Shown: one piece after another, positions 29,320 through 43,400 of the stretch
Numbering within the stretch: the first letter of the stretch is position 1
Layout: each line of letters begins with the position of its first letter
Assembly (NCBI GenBank): GCA_033442325.1
Contig: JAWQFM010000001.1
Location: 918,175 to 982,174 of the forward strand
DNA: 64,000 nucleotides
Direction of reading: 5' to 3'
From: Salpingoeca rosetta
Taxonomy: Eukaryota; Protista; Choanoflagellata
Position numbers and translations under genes: made by a program
Notes under the pieces: generated by a model
What the model was told of the DNA's origin: nothing
The model's database searches: none
Seen by the model: only the letters and a program-made list of their open reading frames with translations

Positions 29320-30363
29320 GCACACATTCACACACACACACACAAGCACACGCACACAAGCACACACACAAGCACACACACAAGCACGCGCACCAGCATG
29401 AGGAAGGAGAGGGCGTTGAGGAACATGGGCTGGAGGTCCGAGGATGGAGGTTTGGTGTAGTACTTGTGCACTTGCGCAGCCACGTTCTTGAAGCACACAG
29501 CGGCGCTCTGTGCAACGGTAATGGAGGTGAAAAAGGGAGTACACAACCGCAACGGGAACGACAAGCGGCCAAGTGAGCGAGCATCCGGGCACAGTCATCG
29601 TGGCGGAGTACACGTGCAGGTGAAATGGTACGCGACACATGAAGGCACACCAAGGCTCATGGCCAAGCTTCTGGGCTCACATCGCACACGCACACACACG
29701 CACACACACGCACACACACGCACACACACGCACACACACATGCGCACACACGCCCACACACGCGCACACACGCACACGCACACACACGCACACACACGCA
29801 CACACACACACACGCACGCGCACGCACACACACGCATGCACACGCACACCAATATACACCTACGAAGAGGTGATACCTGGAAGTTGACGGAGGCATGCTT
29901 GAGACCCGCGTCGGAGCTGATGTTCGCCATGGCGCCAATCTGGCTGTGCACGGCGCCCATGTTGTACAGCACGTTGATCATCTCAAAGTTGATGTCCTCG
30001 AGAGCTGGAACAGCAAAACAGAAAATACAAAGAGGTGATGTGGCCGTGAGAGGCGAGAGAGGGAATGTGGGGAAGAATGCAACCCGTCAAGAGAAGATAG
30101 GGCCAAGCAGTGCTCCAATCAAAGCAAGAGGGACCGAGGCGGCCATCGCAGCCAACAACAAGCCCAGCGGCCCGTTCTCGACTCACCGACGATTTTCTTG
30201 CCGCCAAAGACGCTGGAAGCCTGGCTGTCCTCCCACGAGAACTTCAGGACAATGGGCGACGGCAGGATGCCATCCCACGGTTCCGACGTCTTGAATGGGA
30301 AGCGGCGTGTCAGCGCAGTCAGCCGGCCATAGTATCTGTCATCGTGCGTGATTGAGTGAGTGT

Positions 30364-30406
<43 letters not shown>

Positions 30407-30766
30407 TGTGCATGTATGTGTGCGTGATTGAGTGAGTGGGAGGTGCAAGAACCATGCAAGTGCTCGACATACATTGGAACGCCATCATCCCATTGCCATC
30501 ACGAGCACACCCACAACAGGAACGTCGACATCAAAGGACAAGGACACGCACTTCATGACGGCCTTGAGGCCGGAGTCGTGCTTCTCGGGGGCCTTGACGA
30601 TGCAAGAGTCGCGCAGCTCCGAGAGCTCCTTCACGGGCTCCTTGAGGGTGGCTGGGTCTTGCTGGTACTCGCGAGACACAAACTTGGCCAGCGGTTCCAC
30701 AAAGGAAACATGCTGCGCCTTTTTCGGGTTGACCGAAACAAAGGCCATGGACCCGTGCACCGGCAT
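24763..30766 (-). CDS. PDCD6IP: ALIX/Bro1-family ESCRT adaptor (Bro1 domain, V domain, Pro/Tyr/Gln-rich tail), about 14 exons
   Basis: [85 protein letters not shown] and a PPY-rich C-terminus. Start is 30766 or the next in-frame Met (MAFVSV). Confidence 0.95.
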
Positions 30767-31011
30767 TGCTGCTGTTGTGCGTGCGGTTGCGTGCGGTTGC
30801 GTGCGTGCTTGTGCGTTGGGTGTTGTTGATGACTCTCTTGTTGTTGGGATCGACGATATGAGAGACGATGCGTAGGTGGATGGCGTGTGTGTGTGTGCGT
30901 GTGTCCTTTGCTGCGGTGTTGGGGGTGGATGAATGGTTGTATGGATTGGCGTTGTGTGTCAGCAGCAGCGCCCTTTCCTTTGGCTTTTGTTTGCTTTTTG
31001 ACGACGTGATA

Positions 31012-31057
31012 TATGTTTCGCACAAGAAATACTCTTGTGCGCACCTTGGTGGATATG
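31012..31057. promoter_or_regulatory. Candidate cis-element pair in the ALIX/ETFB divergent promoter
   Basis: TATGTTTCGCACAAGA (31012-31027), inverted half TCTTGTGCG (31033-31041) and TGGTGGATATG (31047-31057). The 16-mer and the 11-mer recur at 35684-35738. Confidence 0.45.
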
Positions 31058-31227
31058 ACATGACTCATCGAGCGCGCAATTGCGGTTAAGAGATGCGCTT
31101 ATTTCCACCTCCAACCGCAACACACTTGTCCATTCTCCATCACTTGCTTTAGCTGCTTGTGCCACTGCTCTCCTTCCTTCGTTTGTGTTGTTGTTGCTGT
31201 TGACCGACCAAGGAAACCAAACCGACC

Positions 31228-32586
31228 ATGTCTCTGCGTCGTGCCCTCGTTGGCTGCAAGCGCGTCATTGACTACCTCGTCAAGGTGGGTGTGTCTGTGC
31301 GTCTGTGTCTGTGTGTCTGTGTGTCTGTGTCTGTGTGTCTGTGTGTCTGTGTGTCTGTGTGTCTGTCTCTGTGCATGAGTTTGTGTCTGTATGCCTGTGT
31401 GTGTTGGTTGCATTGCGCGTTGTTCTGTACGTGTTATGATCCATCATCATACATGGCACACGTTGAATTGCAACACTTCACCACATACCGTGACGGTTCA
31501 ACCACACACAAACACACACTCTCAAACGCACAAACGCGCATGAGAATAGGTTCGCGTCAACCCCCAGGGAACCGGTGTTGTCAAGGATGTCAAGCACTCC
31601 ATGAACAACTTTGACGAGATTGCCGTCGAGGAGGTGTGTTTGCGTCTGTGCGTCTGTGCGTCTGTGCGTCTGTTTGGTGGTAGAGACACTGAGTACGGTT
31701 TGCAATTGACTTGACCCATCCTTGTTCAAACCACGACATTTTCACACCACGACATGTGTACGGTTTGCAACTGAGGCAGCTATGGTGAAACGCAAAAGCA
31801 ACTCATGCATGTACCCTGGCACACAACACCAACGTACCCCCTGTTCCTCACCCATCCATGCGACCGTCTGTGTCGGGGGAGCGCAGGCCATCCGCCTGAA
31901 GGAGGCCAAGAAGCTCGAGGAGGTTGTGGTTGTGTCGTGCGGCCCCAAGCAGAGCGTCGATGTGATCCGCACCGCGCTTGCCATGGGTGCCGACCGCGGC
32001 ATCCATGTCACCGTTGACGACACGGACAAGCTTGAGCCCCTCGCTGTTGCCAAGATCTTCGCCAAGCTCGTCGACGTCGAGAAGCCTGACCTCGTCATCA
32101 TGGGCAAGCAGGTCTGATGCTCATGGTTCTTCGGCGGCTTGTGCGTGCGTGCGTGTGTGCGTGCGTGTGTGCGGTGAATGTGTATGTGTGTGTGTGCGGT
32201 GAATGTGTATGTGTGTGTGCGTTGATTGTGAACAACACATTGTCCATGCGTTGATGTCAACCATTTGCTGGCGCTTTCTGTGCCTCATCATATTCAATGC
32301 AAGGACCCCCACCAGCTACAAATACACACACTCAACTCACGACACTCGTCCCGCGTTGGTCATTCCAGGCGATCGATGACGACAGCAACCAGACAGCACA
32401 GATGCTCGCTGCCCTCGTGGACTGGCCACAGGTACAGTGCTGGCAGTGGTGGTGATCGTGATCGTGAAGAAACGAGGGACAGTGCGTTCTGTTGTGGGCT
32501 TGGACGTGCCCGCCACGCACGAAACTGGACCACGTGTGCACAAAGCGAGTGACCGCAGTGTACACCAATGCCAAGGCAACACGCTC

Positions 32587-32643
<57 letters not shown>

Positions 32644-33441
32644 CCACCACCACCACCACCAACAACAATCACTACCGCACGCGCGTGCCAGGCGACGTTT
32701 GCGTCGAAGGTGGTCGTGTCTGACGATGCGAGCAAGCTGGAGGTGACGCGCGAGATTGACGGCGGCCTTGAGACGATCAACGTCAAGGTGCCTGCAGTCA
32801 TCAGCGCCGACCTGCGCCTCAACGAGCCCCGCTACGCCACCCTCCCCAACATCATGAAGGCAAAGAAGAAGAAGGTCGACACCAAGACCCCAGAGGACCT
32901 TGGCGTGGACATTGTTTCCCAGCTCGGTGCGTGTGTAGGTTGGTGCGTGCGTGGGTGGCGGTTTTCCGTGTTACTTTGTGCTGTCAGCATTGTGAAGTGT
33001 GTTGCAACGTGGCCTGCCATCATAGTGCGTTGTATCGTGATGTCCTTACCATGAATGTGCAAAGCTGCATGCATGCAAGCAATACATCTCACCGTTGTCC
33101 TCTTGACGCCTTGCCTGCTACTGCCCACGTCAGAGTACGTGTCTGTTGCTGAGCCGCCAAAGCGCAGCGGTGGTACCAAGGTGCGTCCATCTTTGTTTTG
33201 TTTGATTTTGTATGTGTGTGTGTATGGGTGTGTTTATCTGTTGTGAGAGTGAGTGGCTGAGTGGTTGCTTGCAGTTCCATACACGGCTCAACCAATTGTT
33301 CCATGTGTTGCTCGATCCACATGCACACGTACATGCACGTACGTACCCTCGCTCACGAGTTGCGACTGCGCTGCTTTGCTGCAGGTTGAGAGCGTGGATG
33401 AGCTGCTTGACAAGCTCAAGAACGAGGCCAAGGTCCTCTGA
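31228..33441 (+). CDS. ETFB: Electron transfer flavoprotein beta subunit, 7 exons
   Basis: [56 protein letters not shown] and [21 protein letters not shown]. Confidence 0.97.
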
Positions 33442-34093
33442 TCAGCCATCTCCCGCACATCCACACAACCATAGCCATACACACAAGCCACGCCGCCACA
33501 TGCAACCCCACCTCCCACCAACGGGCGTGGAAACCGCTTCCATCGCCACACATACCACACCACTGCCGCTACTCGGTTGTCATCAGTCAGCTTTCGACTC
33601 TGTTTCGCGACCCAATACACGACTGCTCAGACCAATTTCCTCAATCAATCGCCACACGCTCACACGCGTGTATGCGGACACAAAGATGCATCTGCACGCT
33701 CGCTCACTCACACTCACGCGCGCGCGCACGGTGGCTTTTTTGCTCAATGTGTGACGGACCGATCGATGGTGTATGGAGTCAGACGAGTGAGGTTGGGAGG
33801 AGCGAGGGACGAAAGGTGTGATGAAGACGTGTGCGTGTGAACTGGGGCACATCCCCGAGCCAGTCACAACGCACGCACACATTCACACACACACACGCAC
33901 AGACACACACACATACACACACACACGCACACACACACACACGCACAAAAAGGCGAACAATCGACGGCGTCTGTGACACAACAACAAGGCAACAAAGAGG
34001 CCACAGAGCACTGGGTTGAGAAGATGATGATGGTGGTGGTGGTGGTGGTGGTGATGGTGACAGTGCTGGTAGTGGCAAGGGCTGTGGTAACGG

Positions 34094-35609
34094 CTATGCA
34101 ACGGCGTTGTCCTCCTCGCCAGCAGCATTCATCATCAGCCGCGCAAAGTCGTCAATGCTTAGCTGACCGAATGCATCCACCTGCGCGTGGTGGCAGCATG
34201 GGCGTGTGCATGCGTGTCAGCAAAATCGTTTGTGAGCTGTCGAGCACAGGCAATGCTTGCACATGTGTGTATGTGTATGTGTGTGTGTTGTGTGTTGTAT
34301 GTGTGTGTATGTGTGTGTATGTGTGTGTGTGTGGCAGTGCACACCTCCGCCTGTCGGAAGATTTCGTCGATATCGTCCACGCTCATCTTGGATCCAATCG
34401 AGCTCAACACCTGGCGATGAAGGGCAGTCACTGACAGTGAGCATATTGCCAGGATGCGCCACAATCGCGGGCATTGACACGCGCGCACATGTACAAACGC
34501 AACTACGCTTATGTACAAACGCAAATACACTCAGAAACACGCACACTCACACACACACACACACTCACTCACTCACACACACACACACTCATTCACTCAC
34601 ACATCCACACATACATACACATACTCACTCACTCACTCATCCACACATACATACACATACTCACTCACTCACTCATCCACACATACATACACATACTCAC
34701 TCACTCACTCATCCACACATCCAAACACATACACACACGCACATACTCACACATCCAAACACATCCAAACACACACACACACTCGCGTACTCACGTGTGA
34801 GAGCTCAGAGACGGTGACGACGTCGCCGCCTGTGCTGTCAAAGAGCTTGAGCGCCCGCCGAATGGTGCCCTCGATATCATCGTTCTTTGTGTTTGACAAC
34901 GCACTCACCACCGTCTGCACTTGCGGCAGCGTTGCCGAGCCTGATACATGGACACAGAGGGTGGCGGCATGCAAAGAAGCAAACGGCAAGTGAGCATCCT
35001 TGGAAAGGCATAGCGATGAACATGCTGGTAAGTGCAACACACATGCACATGTACATGTGCAAGCAAATGTACACTCATGAAGAAGGCGCGTGGAGGTACA
35101 CAACAACATCACAAGGAAGCACGCCGGGAAGAGGCGGCTGCATGAAGGTCGGACCTGAAATGCCGGCAGACTGCATGGCAGTTTTGATTTGTCGGTCCGT
35201 TGGGCACAGCCCTTGTGATCTCACGATGGTGGCCACGTCCTCAAGGGAAACCGTGTTCCCTTGCTTGAACAGGTCAAACGTGTCTGAAATGGTCATGCCA
35301 CTCTACACGACGCATGTACATGTGCGTTTGTGTTGGAGAGAGAAACAGGAAGCGTGAGTAAACGCAGAGCGCATCACAAACACAAACATAAACACACCAC
35401 ACAAACACAAACACATAACCACACAACCACACAGCTGCACAACGCACAGGCCGCCGGAGCTTCTTGCTCCTGTGCGTGTGCACGCTACAACAAACAAGGA
35501 GTTGCAACGTGCAGGAGCACTAACACGTCAAGCGCACACGCTCCCACACTCTTTCTGACACAGACCGTCCATCCACGCATCGCCACACCCACCCACACCA
35601 CCACACCAT
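34094..35609 (-). CDS. Calmodulin/myosin light chain-like EF-hand protein with degenerate Ca2+ loops
   Basis: SDTFDLF...VATIVRSQGLCPTDRQI, IRRALKLFDSTGGDVVTVSELSHVLSSIGSKMSVDDIDEIFRQAEVDAFGQLSIDDFARLM. The 5' exons are uncertain (ATG at 35609 or 35296). Confidence 0.75.
34575..34720. repeat. Minisatellite of about 34 bp, about 4 copies (cacatacatacacatactcactcactcactcatc), intronic
   Basis: Direct tandem repeats visible in an intron of the EF-hand gene. Confidence 0.8.
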
Positions 35610-35683
35610 CGTTGTCGTTGTTGTTGATGAGCGAGTTTTCGATTTCAAAGAAGAGCAGTCTGCGACAGCACAAAATGACCATG

Positions 35684-35738
35684 TATGTTTCGCACAAGAG
35701 TTGGTTTTGGAACGCACTGTAGAGTGACATATCCACCA
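35684..35738. promoter_or_regulatory. Candidate cis-element pair in the EF-hand/ISY1 divergent promoter
   Basis: TATGTTTCGCACAAGA (35684-35699) and CATATCCACCA (35728-35738), the reverse complement of TGGTGGATATG at 31047. Confidence 0.45.
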
Positions 35739-35772
35739 GGACGACTGCGAACGAGCAGAAGCAGCGGAAGAG

Positions 35773-38541
35773 ATGGCGAGGAACGAGGAGAAGGCACAGT
35801 GAGTGCCTGGCTGATGGCTGGCTGAGTGGTGTACCCACCACCATCGCCACCACTGCCTGTTTGCGTTTGTGCTTGAGCCTGTTGTGTCCTGTGCAATATT
35901 CACTCACGCCCGTACCTGTGTATGTGGCCTTGGGATATTCAAGATCGCTGCTGTCGCGATGGCTGCGCATGAAGAAGGAAGAGGCCGATGAACTCAAGTA
36001 CGTGTGTGCTCGTGGTTATTGGTTGTGGTCGTGCTGCCTGTGCCAGTGGCCCTGATCGTGACAGGTGTGTGTGTGTGTGTGTGTGTGTGTGATGTTGTCT
36101 GTGTGGTGTGTGTGTGGTGTGTGTGTGTGTGTGCATTGGAACAGTTGCACTGCGCATCGCTGCCTTCACGCGTGCATGTGCAACTGACTGACTCGCCGAC
36201 TGAATGCCTCAACGCTGCGCAGGCGAGTCGACCCTTCCCAAGTGTCCACTGTACCAGAAGCAGAGAAGATGCGCAACCAGGTATGTACTTCCATACCAGA
36301 CGCTAGCGGCGTGTGTGTGTGTGTGTGTGTCACGTACACGTGTTACCTTTGTGTGCCACTTCTTTGCTCGTCGTTGACGTCAACCGATCGTGCGCTTCGC
36401 CCATGTCCTCTTTCCCCTTTTTCGCCTCGCAGGTGATGCGTGATGTATCAAAGAAGATCGCTTCAATTCAGAACGGTGAGCCAGCTCACCTCGACTGCAC
36501 ACACACACATGCACATCGGCTGTTGCTCCTGACTCCATTCACGTTACCTACACACTAGCCACGTTGACTCACCCACCCACATGCACACGCGCGCACGCAC
36601 TGCTGTGATGATGCAGCTGGGCTTGGCGAGTACCGGATAAGGGACCTCAACGACGAGATCAACAAACTCTTGCGAACAAAGCGATACTGGGAGAACCGAA
36701 TCAAGGAAATGGGCGGCCCAGATTACCTGGTATGGTTGCATTGTTGTGGTCGTGGTGGGAGAGGAGATGGTGGTCCCGCTGTGGCACTGTGTGTGTGTGT
36801 CTGTCTGTCCGTCTGTCTATCTGTGTGCCTGTGTGTGTGTCTGTCTGCCTGCCTGTCTGTGTGGCTGTCTGTGGCTGTGGCTGTGGCTGTCTGTATGCCT
36901 GATTGTGCAGCTGACATGCGCCCTCCTCCCCCCCCCCCCCGTTCCGGAATGGCAGACGAGCAGCGCCAGGATTGTGGACAGTGAAGGCGTTGAGTTGCCG
37001 GGACAGCGTGGATACAAGTAAGCGCTTCATCGCTCTTCACACAGCGACTGCACACGCCTGATGATCACGGTTTGGCCTACCACGCCCAGAGTGTGTGTGT
37101 GTGTGCATCACAGTGCATTGTTCGTTGACACGTGCGCACCACCGCGCTGCAGATACTTTGGTGCCGCCAAGGACCTCCCTGGTGTGCGTGAGCTCTTTGC
37201 AGAACAACGTACGCCGTGTGTGTGTGTGTGTGTGTGTGTATCTGCCTGTTTACGTGTCTGCCGGTTTATGTGTCTGTACTGACGTCTGTGCACGCGTGCT
37301 CTGTGCACAACCACCGCATGATCGCTGTGCGCTGCTCATATGGTGTTCCCGCGGTTCCTTGGCGTTTTGTATGTGATACAGCTGCTGTCCAGCCGCGTAG
37401 AAAACGAGGCGAACTGCACAAGTTTGTCGACGCAGGTGTGTATACACGTGTGCAGTTGTGTACATCCCCGCTGTGCCCTGCACACGCAACGTGTCGTCGC
37501 ATTCCACTTTCACCGCCACCTACAACCGCCACCGCCGCCACTCCATGGCTGCTCTGCTGACCTCTCACATATGCGTGTGTGCATGTGCAGACTACTACGG
37601 TTATCGCGACGAAGAAGACGGTGTCCTGCTCGCCCTGGAGGAAGAGGCAGAGGAACAAAGTCAGTCGAGCCAACACCTGTGAACATTGCCTGAGTTGTGT
37701 ACCTGTGTGTATGATGTCTGTGTGTGTTTGCGTGTGCGTGCCTTCGTGCGCATGTCTCTTGTTTGCGCGTGTGTGTTTGCGCACGCTGGTTGCTGCTGCT
37801 GTCAATGAGCTGGTGCACCATACGTCACCACACACTCTCTTTCTTCATCTTTTTGCGGCACAGGTCGGCAGGCTGCCGTGGAGAAGTGGCAGCAGGAGAT
37901 GAAGGAGAAGAAGGAGCGATTGGCCGCTAAGCAGAAGCTCGAGCTGTACGCCAGCGAAGAGGACAAGGAAGCAGCCCTCCTGGTACTGGCACGCTGCATT
38001 TGCGCGCGCGCATACACACACACACATGCGCATACACGCATACACACACACGCACGCACTTGCACAACCGCACACGCATCTGTAACCATGCACGCTCGCG
38101 TGTGTCTATACGTGTGACTGCGCAGGCGCCGGCTGTAGCAGCGGAGGTTGCGGCGATGCACGAGGAGGAGGAGGAGGCCGAGCCCGCCATCCCGTCAACA
38201 CAGGAGATTGAACAAATGATCCTCCAGCGAAGAAAGGAGGTCAGTCAGCACACGTGCACGGGGGTGTGCGGTGTTTTATGTCTGAGAATTGTGTGTTTGC
38301 GTGTGCTTCAATGTGTTCACGCTACGTCAGACGGCTCGTACAACCATCTCCACCACCATCTCCACACACATGCGCGCGCGCACACACGCACGCACACACG
38401 CGCACACACGCCCTCCATCATGGCTCACACATCCCTGTTTGTGTCTGCCGCGACCAGATGCTGCTTGCCAAGTATGCAAGCGCGTCGCTACAGGAGGAGG
38501 AGCAGCAGACGTCCGCCATGCTCGGCCGCGCCGCGCAGTAG
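35773..38541 (+). CDS. ISY1: Pre-mRNA splicing factor ISY1 (NTC component), about 12 exons
   Basis: [86 protein letters not shown] and IPSTQEIEQMILQRRKE. Confidence 0.96.
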
Positions 38542-39173
38542 ATCCCTGAAGCCGAATGCGTGCCACAGAGGGTTGGGGGTCTGCGTGTCTGTGTGTTTGT
38601 GTTTGTGTCTGTGTCTGTGTGTCAATGCATCCCCGTGTGTGTGTGTGTGTGTCTGTGTCTGTGTGTCTGTGTGTCTATCTGTCTACCTGTCTCTCTTTGT
38701 CTGTGTGACGGCTGCTGTTGGGATGTTTACGTGGCTGAAGTTGTGCCGTTAACTTGCTGCTGGTGGTGCTCTCTCTTGCACTTGTTCCTTCTTCGCTGCG
38801 TGTGTGCGTATGTACCAGACGCATGATGAGTGTTTGTTTGCCATTTGTCAAGAGTGAACTGTTTCGATGGGTGTAGGCGACGGTGCTGGGGAGGGACTCA
38901 TGAACAGCAACTAAACAGTGACGCAATAGCTGAGATTGGAGGAACACGAGGAGAGGGAGGGTTGTGCATGTTAGATGCACAGCGAGAACCAAACGAGCAC
39001 GTGTGTATACCAGCACAATGAGGACAGAAACGCAAACCGCGTAATGTCATGATACGAGTGAGGGGGTGTGGGCTTGTTGCACGCCATCGATACTGGTTGC
39101 AACACAACGTCACACCGCCACGGTGCGTGTGTGCGTGTGTGCGTGTGTGCGTGTGTGATTGCATGATTTCAAT

Positions 39174-41740
39174 TCACTTGAAGAGGAGCTTGTATCCGGC
39201 GAACACAACGCCGACGGCGATGGCAATTGGAATCAGCGGCAGCGACGTCTCCTCAGCCTTGGTGGCAATATGTGTGTGTGTGTGTTTGCGTGTGTGTGCA
39301 TGTGTGTGCATGTGTGTGCATGTGTGCATGTGTGCATGTGTGTGCATGTGTGCATGTGTGTGCATGGTGAAGGGAGGGCTGAAAGCAGCCGCCACGACGC
39401 GCGCGCTTCAGCCTCGCCCAAGACGACAGGGGCATGCGAAACAAAGACGGGGTTTCAACTGACCGGTGGGGTGACGCGGCGTTTTTGCTTGCGCAGTTTG
39501 TCCTTCTTGGCATCCATCTGTGAACCACACAGAACGAGGGCGCGGGTTGGCTCGTGTCAACTCACACACATACCAAACAACACACATGCACACACACGAC
39601 CAGAAAACACAAAAGCACATATACATACACACACACATGCACGAAAACACACACATAACATAACATGCAGCACCGTGGGGGTTGCCTGTTGTTGCTGCTG
39701 CTGGCTGCTGTCTGCCGTGGCGTCCTGCGCATCGGTGGCATCGTCCTGGCCATCCTCCTCCTCGTCTTCGTCTTCGATGTCCTCCACCGTGTCCAGCGGG
39801 AACAGCTCCCGTGCAACTGCACAAGCGGCAGAGGTGGCGGATGGGGGAGCAGCAGAGCAAGGCACGCGGGGCGTGAGTTTGGATTGGACGGTCGTTTTGG
39901 AAGGTGGGCTGGCATGAAGTGAAATGAAGAGCTCGGGGCGTGTGTATGGACATTGAGGATGGGAGGCGTGCACACGGTGCACTTTCACATTTCGCAGAAA
40001 GAACAAAGGTGTCTACACACACACACACACACACACGCACGCACACACACACACACACACACACACGCACGCACACACACAAACACACACACACACACAG
40101 CAGAGCACACACACGCACACACACACAAACACACACAGTGCACACACGCACGCACACACACACACACACACGCTCGCACAGCACATACTCACAGATACAC
40201 ACAGTACACCACGCACCGTCCTCGTTGCCGGCGACGAGCGCAAAGCCGCAGACCTTTGGGTTGTCAAACGAGCCCTTGACAAATTCAAGCAGCAGGCCAG
40301 TGTCTGGGATGGGGGCGGTGCCGCTCGCCGTCTCCACCTCATTGCCTGATGGTGGTATTGGCGTCAGGTGTCACACGAGTGAGCGTACACAGCGCTGTAG
40401 TGCGAAAACGTAAGCATTTGTACAGTGCAAATGAAGGAGGGGAGACGCGTGCCTCACCTGAACGCAAACCTTCCACGTACGTGCACACACACACACGCGC
40501 GCGCACACACACACGCACGCACACACGCGCACACACACACACGCACGGACCTTTGATGGTGATGGGAACGAAGACGTTGTAGGCAGCGCCATAACCGACG
40601 GTGGCGAAGATGTCGAGAGACTCCACGATGCGAAGGTCGCGGTTCAGGAAGACGTCAAACACCTTGCTGTTCGGCGACTGGAAGTACACCTCTGCAGGGG
40701 TAATGCACGTGTGACGTGTGTGGCAGCACCGTTTGAACTCACATCACAGTTCACAAGACACAACACACCGCGCAGCACGCCGCACACACAACACAAACAT
40801 CACAGTTCACAACACACCACACAGCACACCGCACTCAGCACTCAGCACGCACATACACAGCACGCACAGCACGCACAGCATACGCACAGCACTCACAGCA
40901 CGCACAGCTCGCACAGCACACAAGCACGCTTGTTGTTGTACCGGACCTGAGAAGAAGAGCGCGAGAGTGTACTCGCCGTCCTTCTTGGGTCTTGGGATGT
41001 TGTAGGAGAAGGTCTGCTGGGCATACCGCTCGGTTGTGTACAGCTCCATGTCCTGAGGCATAGCCCCGCGTATCGGGATGTTCACCGTCGCGGACACGCC
41101 CTTGGGCGATGCTGCCCATGCGCGTAACACACATGGAGAAAGTCGCCAGTCGAACAGGACGGTGAGCAAAGACGCCCTCACGCAAGCTAATGGTCAACAT
41201 GCCAACTCGAGGTCGTGGTTTCGGGCTTAGTTGGCAGGTAACCATGGACCAGCCACGCGTACCCATAGCACACACACACACACATACGCACACACACACA
41301 CACATACGCACACATACATTCATACACGCACACACATGCACACATGCACGCACACACGTACCTTGAGTCACATCGTCCGTGTCGCGTTGGAACTGCACTC
41401 CCGTGGACGACACAAAGCTGTTGCCGCCAGCGTTCTGTGGTGGTGAGCCATGGCACGCGTGTGAGATGAACAACGCATGCATGTGGAGGTGTTTGCACAT
41501 GTGTGTTTGCGTGCGTCGTGGGTCAGCAAGGTGTGTGGTGTGCGTGTGTGTGTGTTCACATCTTGGTCCCCGCTTACGCGATCGCCGTCACCGCCGCAAG
41601 CACTGCCACTGCCACCAGCATCAAGCATGCTGACGTACCAGGCTGTACACGACTTTGGACGCCAGTGGCGACCCTGCGTTTGCCGGCACCACAGCGAGTG
41701 CGACGAGCGCCGCCGCACACAACACCACACTGAACATCAT
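39174..41740 (-). CDS. MLEC: Malectin (ER Glc2-N-glycan lectin): signal peptide, malectin domain, acidic linker, C-terminal TM; 8 exons
   Basis: NAGG, LYTTERY, DGEYTLALFFSEVYF...KVFDVFLN, LDIFATVGYGAA and KGSFDNPKVCG, ending in LIPIAIAVGVVFAGYKLLFK*. Confidence 0.92.
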
Positions 41741-41891
41741 CACTGCTTGTTGCTTGTGTTTGCTTGCTTGCTTGCTTGCTTGCGTGTTGTGTGTTGTTGT
41801 TTTTGCTGACTCCACCACTTCCCTTCCAATCAACCTCCACCCAGCGCACGCCGCACCACCAATCCAAACAATACAATACAAACAACAAGGC

Positions 41892-42148
41892 ATGACACAG
41901 ACCCAGCAGCAGCAACCGCCGCAGCACGGGCAGCAGCAGCACCATGGCAGGGACGAGGACGTGGATGTGCTGGAGGAGACGCCACCTGCGTGGCAGCGGT
42001 TTGCACCTGCGGTTGGCTTGCTTGCGGTTGGCGTTGGCAGCTTCTTCCTCGCTTTTCGTCGCAGCATGAGGCAAGCCAAGGCCCTGAACAGAGACCTCCT
42101 CGATGCAGCCAAGGCGGTACATGCTCTCCACATACGTGCTGATGTGTC

Positions 42149-42223
<75 letters not shown>

Positions 42224-43400
42224 CTGTGTGTGTGTGTGTGTTTCTGTGTGTGTGTGTGTGTGTCTGTGTGTGTGTACGGCAGATTAAACCGCCACTTCAC
42301 CTCACTTGATGCTGTTCCTGCCGCTGATATCATCGACCAACTCACATGCACACCCGCATGCATGCGATAGACTGGAGAGATTCAGGAGGATCCGGCGGAC
42401 CTGGCGCGAAAGGCATTGGCGTATGCCACAGGCATGGTTGCGGCGCTGGGCGTCACCACGGTCGCCGTCACCAGCGTAGCCCTGGACGTGCAATCGGTGA
42501 GCACGCACACACATACACACACACGCACACACACACACACGCACGCACACACACACACGCACGCACACGCACACACACACACGCATATGCACACACACAC
42601 ATGCACACACACGCACACACATGCACACACACGCACGCACACACACACGTGTGTTCCGCATCAACCCCACCCAACGAGCAACCAGCATCGCTGTGATTGC
42701 CTGCTTTCCACATTGTGTGATCCATTGCTTGCATTTGGCCATGCACATCACATCGCATCACGCAGTGATGTACGTCACCCATGTCACACCATCCACCATC
42801 ACTGCTGTTACTTGCACATGGCAGGTTCCCGAGTTCACTGATAAGATGAAGACACACACGCGCGGGTTCTCTGCCGCTGCCAGCCAATATGTACAGGCTG
42901 TCACGGACAAGTACATGACCAAAAGGTGCATGTGAATGCCGTGTGTCAACAAATACATCACCACGTGTTCCTTGCTTGCCGTGTTCGTGCGCACACCTCC
43001 AACAAATCACTCACTGATATCACACACACACGCATATGCACACACACACATGCACATATACTCACACACACACGCACACACACACACACTCTCTCTCTGT
43101 CACACACTCTCACACACACTCAAACACACATACACTCAAACACACATACACTCAAACACACATACACTCAAACACACACACACATATACTCACCCACACA
43201 CACACACATATGCACACCTACACACACCTACACACACCTACGCACGCACCTACACACACACACGACGGAGCAGGGAGCCGAGTGAAGAAGACATTGAACT
43301 GCTCAAGCAGCTTGGATACCCAAGTGCAAAACAAGACGAAGCACTGCATGCCGGCGATATCGCCACCGCCAGCCACGTCAGCACATCGCCGCCACAATAG
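41892..43400 (+). CDS. Two-TM protein, TMEM242 (DUF1358)/Aim11-like, 4 exons
   Basis: TM1 [16 protein letters not shown], then [45 protein letters not shown], matching the LA.RAL...LGV.S..EF..KM pattern of TMEM242-type proteins. Confidence 0.6.

Noticed and set aside
28766-29392. Apparent single long ALIX intron with GT and AC ends
   Set aside because: It contains a 40-nt exon ([13 protein letters not shown]), so it is two introns. It was not used as support for the intron-polarity finding.
34575-34720. Regularly spaced repeats as a possible CRISPR-like array
   Set aside because: There are no unique spacers. It is a degenerate CA/CACT minisatellite in a eukaryotic intron.
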